From: Ktedonobacterales bacterium
GTDB lineage: Bacteria; Chloroflexota; Ktedonobacteria; Ktedonobacterales; JADMIN01
DNA: 32,000 bases
Assembly (NCBI GenBank): GCA_030167145.1
Contig: CP126532.1
Span: forward strand, 1,080,001 to 1,112,000
Direction of reading: 5' to 3'
In this document: in pieces, positions 7,936 to 15,119 of the stretch
Numbering within the stretch: the first letter of the stretch is position 1
How the letters are laid out: each line of letters starts with the position of its first letter
Position numbers and translations under genes: made by a program
Notes under the pieces: model-generated
Database searches by the model: none
What the model saw: only the letters and a program-made list of their open reading frames with translations
Told to the model about the DNA's origin: nothing

Positions 7936-8317
7936 CGGAAAACGCGATCACAACTGGGAGGGCGGTGCGGCCCCACTCGTCGAGGTTGTCGCCCTTCCGG
8001 TACTTGTGGACCAGCAGTGCGCGCGCCCGTTGATCCTCGGCTGTGCCTGGCTGGAGGACACAGGCCACGCCGACGTGCGTCTCGTTCCCCAGCTCGACCA
8101 TGACGTGCGCGTTCGCCTGGAGATTGCGCACCCAGTCGGACCGCTCGCGGCCACCGGCAAGCAGGTACACGCGCCCATCCTGCGTGGCGAACCAGATCTC
8201 GATGCGATGGGGCTGGCCAGTCCGCCGCCCGATCGTAGTGAGATACGCATATGGTTCGCTTGCCCATTGCGCCAGCCACTGCCGCATACCGAGTGATTTT
8301 TCGGTCAATGTCCACAT
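7922..8317 (-). CDS. Deazaflavin (F420)-dependent nitroreductase-family / DUF385-like oxidoreductase
   Basis: LTTIGRRTGQPHRIEIWFATQDGRVYLLAGGRERSDWVRNLQANAHVMVE is the typical G+xSG.PR ... W..NL.A.P core. The start is uncertain (8317, 8287 or the GTG at 8356). Confidence 0.65.
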   Translation of the reverse strand: MWTLTEKSLGMRQWLAQWASEPYAYLTTIGRRTGQPHRIEIWFATQDGRVYLLAGGRERSDWVRNLQANAHVMVELGNETHVGVACVLQPGTAEDQRARALLVHKYRKGDNLDEWGRTALPVVIAFSADSN

Positions 8318-8464
8318 CTCCTGATATTTGGCCCTACACCGTGATCGCTGAGGCACATGCCCCGTGGTCGGGATCCACGGTGTGGTGCGCCCGCGTTCGG
8401 CGATGTCGAGTTATGGATCACGACGCGACCCACCCGCCTCAAGGTCGCGTCGCCCACGTTGTCA

Positions 8465-8992
8465 TCAGCGGACGACCTCGACGGTGACAGCATGGCCTTC
8501 GAGCTGTTCAAGCTGTCCGAGTGAAGCCTTGTAGGTTCCAAGATGGATCGTCTGGTCTGAGTACCCGATACCGGTGGTGTTGTAGTAGAAGCCGATGTTG
8601 CCCCATGGAACGTAGTAGATGAGGTCGCCGTCTTCGGGATCGGAACCAGGCGATCCGCTGTAGGCGAGCTTGCGCGGAAGGTAGCCGATCTTCTCCCGCC
8701 CGGCGAACTCCTCCAGCTTCAGGGTGAGCGGGAGCATCGAGAGGAAGTCGCGGACCGCCGGATTGTCCTGGTCAATCGTCACCTCGACCGACGTCGATCC
8801 GGCGGAGAACCGCACCACAGTACCGACGACCTGTCCCGTGCCACCGGAACCTGGGGTCTCAGATGAGCCTGCGGCCTGGCTCGACGAGGGTACGCCCCCC
8901 GACGATCCCTGTCCCGCACCGCAGCCAACGTCCGCCCAGGCCAGGAGCGCCAGCAAGCCAGCGACTGCGACGCCTCGCGCTTTGCGCTTCAT
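8465..8992 (-). CDS. Secreted cyclophilin-like-fold protein (Cyclophil_like2-type)
   Basis: GGAGG SD lies 7 nt before the ATG at 8992. The signal peptide is MKRKARGVAVAGLLALLAWADVGC, with a non-canonical lipobox. The core is ...FLSMLPLTLKLEEFAGREKIGYLPRKL...GDLIYYVPWGNIGFYY. Confidence 0.65.
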   Translation of the reverse strand: MKRKARGVAVAGLLALLAWADVGCGAGQGSSGGVPSSSQAAGSSETPGSGGTGQVVGTVVRFSAGSTSVEVTIDQDNPAVRDFLSMLPLTLKLEEFAGREKIGYLPRKLAYSGSPGSDPEDGDLIYYVPWGNIGFYYNTTGIGYSDQTIHLGTYKASLGQLEQLEGHAVTVEVVR

Positions 8993-9063
8993 AGAAACCT
9001 CCGTAGGAAGCCCCGCGCCTTCAAGCCGGGGAGGAATGCAGAGCCGTCTGCACACTGCGGTCC

Positions 9064-10086
9064 TCACAGGCGCAGCAGCGCCTTGATCGCGCGGCGTTCA
9101 TCCATCGCGCGGTAGCCCTCCGCCGCCTGTTCAAGTGGCAGCTCCAGGTCGAATACTTTGCCGGGATTAATCTGTTGGCTGTAGATCAGATCAATCAGCT
9201 TGGGCAAGAAGCGGCGGACCGGCGCCGGTCCGCCAAACAGGTGGACTTCCGCGAAGAACAACTCCTCGCCGGGCAGCTCTACCCCATGAGAGACCCCGAC
9301 GAAGCCGACATGCCCGCCGGGGCGAGTGGAGCGGATGGCCTGCAGCATGGACTCCTGAGTGCCAACGGCCTCGATGACCGAGTGTGCCCCGAGGCCGTCG
9401 GTCAGGTCCTTGATGCGCGCCACGCCCGCATCGCCGCGCTCGGTCACGATGTCGGTCGCGCCGAAGGCGCGGGCGAGCCGCTGCCGCGCCTCATGTCGGC
9501 TCATAGCGATGATGCGCTCGGCGCCTAGCTGCTTCGCGGCCAGTACGCCCAAAAGCCCTACCGCACCGTCGCCGACGACCCCGACTGTCTTGCCGGGGCC
9601 TACCGCGGCTGCGTCGGAGGCGAACCAGCCGGTGCCGAGCACGTCGGAGGCGGCGAGCAGGCTGGGGATCAGGTCGTCGGGCGGGAGATCCGGCGTAGCT
9701 ACCAGCGTGCCATCCGCGAGCGGGATGCGCGCGAACTGCGCCTGAGTGCCGATTGAGCCTATCGGCACTGCATGCACGCATCGGGACTGGTAGCCTGCCT
9801 GGCAGATGGGACATGTGTTGTCGGAGGCCCAGAACGAGCCGACGACGAACTGGCCGGACTTGATCTTCGTGACCGCACGGCCGACCTCCTCGACGATGCC
9901 GACGTACTCATGGCCCATCGGCGTTGGCCCGGTGACTGGCTCGAGGCCGCGGTAGGGCCACAGGTCGGACCCGCAGACGCAAGTGGCCGACAGCCGGATG
10001 ATAGCGTCGGTCGGTTCGATAATCGTTGGGTCGGGGCGCTGCTCGACGCGCACGTCGTACGGCCCGTACAAAATTGCTCCACGCAT
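9064..10086 (-). CDS. Zinc-dependent alcohol dehydrogenase family (MDR) oxidoreductase
   Basis: Zinc ligands are in ATCVCGSDLW ... GHEYVGIVEEVG and the structural-zinc cysteines in CPICQAGYQSRC. The NAD fold is GVVGDGAVGL. AAGGAGATATACC precedes the ATG at 10086. Confidence 0.85.
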   Translation of the reverse strand: MRGAILYGPYDVRVEQRPDPTIIEPTDAIIRLSATCVCGSDLWPYRGLEPVTGPTPMGHEYVGIVEEVGRAVTKIKSGQFVVGSFWASDNTCPICQAGYQSRCVHAVPIGSIGTQAQFARIPLADGTLVATPDLPPDDLIPSLLAASDVLGTGWFASDAAAVGPGKTVGVVGDGAVGLLGVLAAKQLGAERIIAMSRHEARQRLARAFGATDIVTERGDAGVARIKDLTDGLGAHSVIEAVGTQESMLQAIRSTRPGGHVGFVGVSHGVELPGEELFFAEVHLFGGPAPVRRFLPKLIDLIYSQQINPGKVFDLELPLEQAAEGYRAMDERRAIKALLRL

Positions 10087-10172
10087 GGTATATCTCCTTG
10101 CCTTTCCATGCCTTGCCTCTTGCGTGCTCATCGCTCCACTTCGCTCACCACGCAGCGTTGGCGAGCGTCAAG

Positions 10173-10508
10173 TTAGCTGCCCCGGAACACGCGCTTGGCC
10201 ACCGCCATCGCGGCCATAGCTTGCGGCCAGCCTGCGTAGAAGGCCAGATGGGTGATGGACTCGATGAGCTCCTACTCGCTGGCGCCGTTCTCTTTGGCCA
10301 GACCGAGGTGATACACGAGTTGTTCGGTGTTCCCGTTTGTCACGAGGCAGGCGACGGTCACGAGGCTTCGGTCCTTCGGCGACAACTCCTGGCGTGACCA
10401 GACCTGCCCGAACAGGACGTCGTCCGTGAGACGCACCAACCCGGGGGCGAAATCCCCAAACATAGTCTCGGCGCCCGACGGCTCATAGTGGTCTGTGTCT
10501 TCCGGCAT
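10173..10508 (-). pseudogene. Carboxymuconolactone decarboxylase (AhpD-like) family gene interrupted by an in-frame TAG
   Basis: The 78-aa ORF ends ...LGLAKENGASE at the TAG (10274-10272). The same frame continues ELIESITHLAFYAGWPQAMAAMAVAKRVFRGS to the TAA at 10175-10173. That tail is the conserved C-terminal helix pair of CMD proteins. Confidence 0.65.
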
Positions 10509-10769
10509 GGCGTTTGCCCTTTCTTCTTCACGTCGTCTTCACTCATCCCCGTACCCGGTCACAGCCGACCTTTCCCTTGCAGAAATATCCAGCGCGCATG
10601 AACCGGTCCGTCGGCACGACCGCTGTCTAGAGCTAATTGTAGATGCCTAGAAGCACCGGAGGGTAGAATGATCGTGGACAATAACTGCGTGATTCCTCAA
10701 CGCGGGCCGATGAGCCAACGCGAGCCGATCTCCAGGCGGATGCGAGATTGTTAGGGTAGATCTTCCGCG

Positions 10770-11651
10770 CTATCCTCTGGCCAGCCACGCATCGCGCAGT
10801 GTTTTCGCCTCGTACAAGGTCGCTTCGAGGGTGGTGTCGGCGCTGGCGAGCCGCTCGCGCAGATCGTGGAGTGTGGCCAGGTAGGCGTCGAGCGCGGTCA
10901 GCAACGGCTGCGTATTGGTCAGGCAGATGTCGTGGCCCATTCGCGGATCGCCGGACGCGACCCGCGTGCCATCGCGAAATCCGCCTGCCGCGAGCCGCCG
11001 GGCAGCGGGCCAGTTCGGCATGCCAGCGGCGGTGAGCATCAGCGCGACGGCGCTCAGCAGCGGCAGATGGCTGATGAGCGCGACCGCCGCATCGTGCTGC
11101 GCTGGCGCTATCATCAGGGGCTGCGCGCCGAGGGCGGCGATCAGCGATTGTGTGCGCTGGAGCGCCCGCGCACTGGTGCGCTCGGTCGGCGTCAGGCACC
11201 AGACGCAGCCGCGATAGAGACCCGCGTCCGCCGCCTCGACGCCGGAGCACTCGCTCCCCGCCATTGGGTGCCCGCCGACGAAGCGCGCGGCATTGGGTAG
11301 CGCCTCCTCGGCCCAGTGTGTTACCTCGGCTTTCGTGCTGCCCAGATCCGTGACGATGGCGCGCGGCGCGAGGTACGGCGCGACCTCTGCCAGCAGCCCA
11401 CGCAGCGTCAGCACCGGCGCGGCAAGCACGACAAGGCTCGCCCCCGTCACCGCCTCAGCGGCGGTCGCGCATGCCTGATCCACCGCGCCGCGTTCGCACG
11501 CCCGCTGCGCCATGCCTTGCGCGGCATCGTAGCCCGCGACGGAGCGCGCCAGTCCCCCCGCGCGCAGCGCCATGCCCAACGACGCACCCATCAGCCCCAG
11601 ACCGAGAATCGCCACGCGACGAAACGGCACAACCGTGGCAGATGTAGCCAT
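10770..11651 (-). CDS. tyrA: Prephenate/arogenate dehydrogenase
   Basis: The NAD fold is VAILGLGLMGASLG, followed by DLGSTK, GGHPMAG and the TyrA C-terminal helical domain. The ATG at 11651 has an AGGAG SD. An alternative ATG at 11675 overlaps the aroH stop as TGATG. Confidence 0.85.
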   Translation of the reverse strand: MATSATVVPFRRVAILGLGLMGASLGMALRAGGLARSVAGYDAAQGMAQRACERGAVDQACATAAEAVTGASLVVLAAPVLTLRGLLAEVAPYLAPRAIVTDLGSTKAEVTHWAEEALPNAARFVGGHPMAGSECSGVEAADAGLYRGCVWCLTPTERTSARALQRTQSLIAALGAQPLMIAPAQHDAAVALISHLPLLSAVALMLTAAGMPNWPAARRLAAGGFRDGTRVASGDPRMGHDICLTNTQPLLTALDAYLATLHDLRERLASADTTLEATLYEAKTLRDAWLARG

Positions 11652-11674
11652 GCGCGGCTCCTGTCGTCTATGCA

Positions 11675-12058
11675 TCAGCTAGCACTAGCGCGGTCAACCG
11701 CAAACCCAGGCCGCAACATCACCGCCTCGCGCAGGTACACGTGGCGCATCTGCTCCTGCGTCCGCTCTGTGTTGACATGCAACAACACGCGGATGCAGCG
11801 CGTCAGCCCGCCCGGCACGGGAATCTCGCGGGCGCAGAGCAGCGCCACCTGCTCCCAGCCCGCCTGGCGTGCGGCCAGCGCCGGATAGGCGGCATCAAGG
11901 TCATCGGTCACGGTGAAAAAGACGCTGGTGATCTCATCCACATCGAGCGTGTTGTGCGCCACCAGCGCGACCAGTAGTTCACGAGTGGCGGCCAGAATCG
12001 CCTTGCTGGTGTTCTCGGCGACGGTCGTCGCGCCACGAATCCCACGGCATCGCATCAT
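11675..12058 (-). CDS. aroH: AroH-type chorismate mutase
   Basis: 127 aa. MMRCRGIRGATTV ... GLTRCIRVLLHVNT ... MRHVYLREAVMLRP is colinear with Bacillus AroH (MMIRGIRGATTV ... CIRVMM ... IRHVYLEKVVVLRP). A GGGAGA SD is present. Confidence 0.9.
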   Translation of the reverse strand: MMRCRGIRGATTVAENTSKAILAATRELLVALVAHNTLDVDEITSVFFTVTDDLDAAYPALAARQAGWEQVALLCAREIPVPGGLTRCIRVLLHVNTERTQEQMRHVYLREAVMLRPGFAVDRASAS

Positions 12059-12147
12059 AGTCTCGTCTCCCTCTCTTATATGGCTTCTGCGCGTTCGCCC
12101 TTCACCTATGTCGTAGGGGCGTCCGGCAGACGCCCGGCCTCGCGGGC

Positions 12148-12179
12148 AACAAAAAAGCAGAAGCATTGCTGCTTCTGCT
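12148..12179 (-). terminator. Intrinsic terminator hairpin inside the aroH 5' leader (candidate attenuator)
   Basis: Minus strand: AGCAGAAGCA-GCAA-TGCTTCTGCT, a perfect 10-bp stem with a GNRA loop, followed by TTTTTGTT. It lies 89 nt upstream of the aroH ATG. No upstream minus-strand gene is present for it to terminate. Confidence 0.7.
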
Positions 12180-12217
12180 GCCCTTCGACGGATTGTGCGG
12201 CGGATGCACCGCTACGC

Positions 12218-12313
12218 CTAACGCTCGCGCGGCGACACCATCAGCCCACCCCGGCAAAGGGCGGGCCGATAATACCCATAACGGTCTGTTCGCGCAAGAC
12301 GTGTGTGCATCAT
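12218..12313 (-). CDS. Candidate leader peptide MMHTRLARTDRYGYYRPALCRGGLMVSPRER with three TAT Tyr codons
   Basis: The ATG begins exactly 7 nt after the -10 hexamer, predicting a leaderless start. Codons 12, 14 and 15 are TAT. The ORF ends 38 nt before the terminator stem. It is too short to appear in the ORF track. Confidence 0.45.
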   Translation of the reverse strand: MMHTRLARTDRYGYYRPALCRGGLMVSPRER

Positions 12314-12319
12314 GGCGGC

Positions 12320-12349
12320 AGTATAGCCGCGACCACTGCGCGCTGTCAA
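12320..12349 (-). promoter_or_regulatory. Sigma-70-type promoter TTGACA-18 nt-TATACT for the aroH-tyrA leader
   Basis: On the minus strand the -35 TTGACA is at 12349-12344 and the -10 TATACT at 12325-12320. Confidence 0.6.
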
Positions 12350-12473
12350 CCGCCGCGCGCCGCCAGCCGCGCCAGAACGCCGAATTGGCGATACAATAGA
12401 GGTGAGACGAAGGCGATACCAGACCAGCTATTGAAGCATACACAGATTTGGAGAGGAAGAGAGTGGAGAGCGT

Positions 12474-13262
12474 ATGGCGGTAACGATCAAAACGCCACAA
12501 CAGATCGCGCTCTTGCGCGAAGCGGGGCGCATCGTGGCGGAGACCTACGAGGAGCTTGCCCCATACGTGCAGCCCGGCGTCACCACGGCGGAACTGGACC
12601 GCCGAGCGGAGGAGTTCATTCGCCGCAAGGGCGCGCTGCCGATGTATAAGGGCTACGGCGCACTGAGCGACCGCCGGGGGCATGTGCTGCGCCCGCCATT
12701 CCCCGCGACTATCTGCGTGGCCATCAACGACGTGATCTGCCACGGCATCCCCAGCCCGAAGCAGGTGTTGCAAGAAGGCGACATCATCGGCATAGACATC
12801 GGCACGCTCTATCGCGGCTGGGTTGGCGACGCTTGCCGCACCTTCGCCGTCGGCGCAATTGACGCCGAATCGCAGCGGTTGATGGATGCCTCGCACCGCT
12901 GCCTGGAGCTTGGCATCGAGCAGGCGCAACCGGGCAATTATATCGGCGACATCGGCGCGGTCATCCAGAAGTATGCCGAGGGGCAGGGCTTCTCGACTGT
13001 ACGCGAACTCACTGGCCACGGCGTAGGCCGCGCCCTTTGGGAAGACCCGGCGGTTTTCCACTTCGGCAAGCCGGGCACCGGCGAGCGCATCGTACCGGGC
13101 ATGGTCTTCACCATCGAGCCGATGATCAATGCCGGAAAACCCGACATCCGCACACTGCCCGACAAGTGGACCATCGCCACCGCCGATGGCTCGCGCTCCG
13201 CCCAGTACGAGCACTCCATGGCGATCACCGAGCACGGCCCTGAACTGCTGACTGTACTCTAG
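12474..13262 (+). CDS. map: Type I methionine aminopeptidase
   Basis: MAVTIKTPQQIALLREAGRI ..., NDVICHGIP, DIGTLYRGWVGD, TGHGVG, FTIEP, and EHSMAIT carries the metal ligands. A GGAGAG SD is present. Confidence 0.92.
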   Translation: MAVTIKTPQQIALLREAGRIVAETYEELAPYVQPGVTTAELDRRAEEFIRRKGALPMYKGYGALSDRRGHVLRPPFPATICVAINDVICHGIPSPKQVLQEGDIIGIDIGTLYRGWVGDACRTFAVGAIDAESQRLMDASHRCLELGIEQAQPGNYIGDIGAVIQKYAEGQGFSTVRELTGHGVGRALWEDPAVFHFGKPGTGERIVPGMVFTIEPMINAGKPDIRTLPDKWTIATADGSRSAQYEHSMAITEHGPELLTVL

Positions 13263-13270
13263 CGTCTCGC

Positions 13271-13714
13271 TCAGCTTCCCAGCAGTTTCGCCTTGGCCGC
13301 CTGGAACTCCTCGTCGGACAGCATCCCCGACTGTTTCATCTGCGCGAGTTGCTGAAGCTGATCTACTAGCGCGGTGGGCGCGGCGGATTCGGCGCCAGCA
13401 GCGGCGTTCGGTGCAGCGGCGGCTGGCGCGGCCTGAGCTGGCGCGCCATTGCCCTGCGCCGGTTGCGCCTGCTGTGTCTGCATCGTCGCCATCTGCTGCT
13501 TCATCTGGTCAATGTCGCTCTGCTGTTGCGCCTGCTGTTGCTGGGCGGCAGCTTGATCGGCCTGCGCCTGTTGTTTGGCCTGTGCATGCGAATCCATCGC
13601 GCCACCCACCGCTTTCGCCGTCACCGTCGCGGTGCCCGCAACCACGGCTGTGCGCGCCACGGCGCCGACCACACCTGGCCCGCGCCGCCCGACCATTGCC
13701 CGTCTCCTGAACAT
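13271..13714 (-). CDS. SHOCT domain protein with a Q/A-rich low-complexity centre
   Basis: The C-terminus LVDQLQQLAQMKQSGMLSDEEFQAAKAKLLG is a SHOCT motif. A GGAGGG SD lies 7 nt before the ATG. Confidence 0.7.
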   Translation of the reverse strand: MFRRRAMVGRRGPGVVGAVARTAVVAGTATVTAKAVGGAMDSHAQAKQQAQADQAAAQQQQAQQQSDIDQMKQQMATMQTQQAQPAQGNGAPAQAAPAAAAPNAAAGAESAAPTALVDQLQQLAQMKQSGMLSDEEFQAAKAKLLGS

Positions 13715-13775
13715 CGTGTATCCCTCCTGCTGTTTACGCGCGGATGTGCGCGAACGAGTATCGCGCGCAGTGCGC

Positions 13776-14255
13776 CTACATCTGCGGTTGCGCCTGTGCT
13801 GCTGTGTCCATCTGGCTGGCGAGCAGCCCTTGGTCCGCCGTTCGCGCCGACGTCACATCCTCGATCACGGAGTTGGGAATACGCTCATCCAACACCACCT
13901 CGCCCCGCGCATTGGCGATGGCCTCGCGGAAGCGCGTAGCCCAGGCATTCTCGAAGAGCAACAGCCCCGCAGACGAATCATTCTCCAGCATGTCCGCCAG
14001 TTGCAACTCGTCATCTTCCGAGATTAGCCCTGTGATCTCTGCCACCAGCGGATCGAGCGCGGCATACGTGTCGTCGTCTAAATCACTCAGCTCGGTCGTC
14101 GTCACCGCGCCATTCGCGTCCTTCCTGATGAACACCAGATCCACAATGCGGATCGTGCCTGTATCCACCAATTCTCGCAACGCGGGGACAATCTCCCCTT
14201 TGAGTTGCGTGCCCGGAAACTTCACCACAAGCAGTTCGACTGGTCCTAGCGCCAT
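13776..14255 (-). CDS. DUF6325/DUF1269-like protein
   Basis: MALGPVELLVVKFPG..KGEIVPALRELVDTGTIRIVDLVFIRKD..G ... LLLFENAWA. AAGGAGG SD lies 8 nt before the ATG at 14255. The longer track ORF lacks an SD. Confidence 0.6.
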   Translation of the reverse strand: MALGPVELLVVKFPGTQLKGEIVPALRELVDTGTIRIVDLVFIRKDANGAVTTTELSDLDDDTYAALDPLVAEITGLISEDDELQLADMLENDSSAGLLLFENAWATRFREAIANARGEVVLDERIPNSVIEDVTSARTADQGLLASQMDTAAQAQPQM

Positions 14256-14370
14256 TGCCGAATCCTCCTTCCCTCTCGCAAGCGATTGCCGCAGAGCACC
14301 TTTGCAACATTCTTGCCACGGCTGGGCATGTCGAACCACAATCGCCACCCTTGACAGTCTACGTTACTAT

Positions 14371-14399
14371 CTAACCAGTTAGTTTAACCATACGGTTAA
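14371..14399. promoter_or_regulatory. Two adjacent palindromes, CTAAC-CA-GTTAG (14371-14382) and TTAACC-ATAC-GGTTAA (14384-14399): candidate TetR operators
   Basis: Perfect inverted repeats read directly. They lie 25-55 nt upstream of the TetR start, in the divergent intergenic region. Confidence 0.45.
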
Positions 14400-14424
14400 T
14401 TAGGCTGACGAAATGAGGTGGCAT

Positions 14425-15114
14425 ATGCGTACCCAGACCGTTGCCCGCAAGCGCGGACGTGAACGCGACTCTGACGCAGCACGCACGGCGATTCTCAGCG
14501 CGGCGCGGGAAGAGTTCGCTGCCCATGGCTTCAGCGGCGCGCGGATAGACGACATCGCGCGGGCCGCTGGCTACAACAAGGCGCTGATCTTCCACTACTT
14601 CGGCGACAAACTCGGCCTGTATCGCACGCTGATGTCGCACACCAAAGAGCGGATGTTCGGTCGCTTCAATGCGCTGTATGAAGATGTTTTCCGCCAGGAA
14701 GATGATATGGTCAGCGCCGACCGTGTCCGCTATTTCACCGCCGAATGCGTCCGCGCCGTCTTCGACTATTACGCAGCACATCCCCAGATCGCACGCATTT
14801 TCGCCTGGGAGGCGGCTGAGGGCTGGCGGACCTACATCTCCTGCTCGCCACATGCTCCCAGCAGTTGGGCAACGCGCGTGCTCGATCTGGCGCAACGCTG
14901 GCAGGCGGCAGGCATCGCGCGCAAAGACCTCGACCCGGTGCTTCTGCACACCACCTTGACCAGCCTACCGATGTTCCACCTCGTTTCGCTGCCACGCTAC
15001 CAGACGATCTACCCTGACACTGATTTCACGTCACCCGAAGCGCTGGCCCACGCTCGCGAACAACTTACCGAGCTAGTGCTGCGCGGCATCTTGACCCAAC
15101 CTGAGGAGGCTTGA
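14425..15114 (+). CDS. TetR/AcrR family transcriptional regulator
   Basis: The N-terminal HTH is RTAILSAAREEFAAHGFSGARIDDIARAAGYNKALIFHYFGDK. GAGGTGG SD precedes the ATG at 14425. The track start at 14413 is an alternative. Confidence 0.85.
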   Translation: MRTQTVARKRGRERDSDAARTAILSAAREEFAAHGFSGARIDDIARAAGYNKALIFHYFGDKLGLYRTLMSHTKERMFGRFNALYEDVFRQEDDMVSADRVRYFTAECVRAVFDYYAAHPQIARIFAWEAAEGWRTYISCSPHAPSSWATRVLDLAQRWQAAGIARKDLDPVLLHTTLTSLPMFHLVSLPRYQTIYPDTDFTSPEALAHAREQLTELVLRGILTQPEEA

Positions 15115-15119
15115 CCCAC

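Noticed and set aside
6958-8103. 381-aa plus-strand ORF
   Set aside because: It is antisense to the cupin, DUF2255/SDR and F420-reductase genes, which all have family motifs and SD sites. The product is Arg/Cys/Gly-rich.
10272-10274. The in-frame TAG as a programmed recoding event (pyrrolysine or read-through)
   Set aside because: No pyl genes or recoding signal are visible in the window. A single-base GAG-to-TAG lesion is the simpler explanation. It cannot be excluded without reads or proteomics.
10633-11250. 205-aa minus-strand ORF overlapping tyrA in another frame
   Set aside because: tyrA is strongly supported in its own frame. This off-frame product is Arg/Ala-rich with no motif.
12148-12313. 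T-box riboswitch (tRNA-Tyr sensing) as the explanation for the aroH leader
   Set aside because: I found no T-box consensus (AGGGUGGNACCGCG-like) overlapping the 5' side of the terminator and no specifier-loop/AG-bay architecture. The leader is also short (~165 nt). The leader-peptide model fits better, but this should be confirmed with Infernal.
12102-13235. 377-aa minus-strand ORF covering map and the aroH leader
   Set aside because: It is antisense to methionine aminopeptidase, whose motifs are unambiguous. It runs through the promoter and terminator elements and has no family signature.
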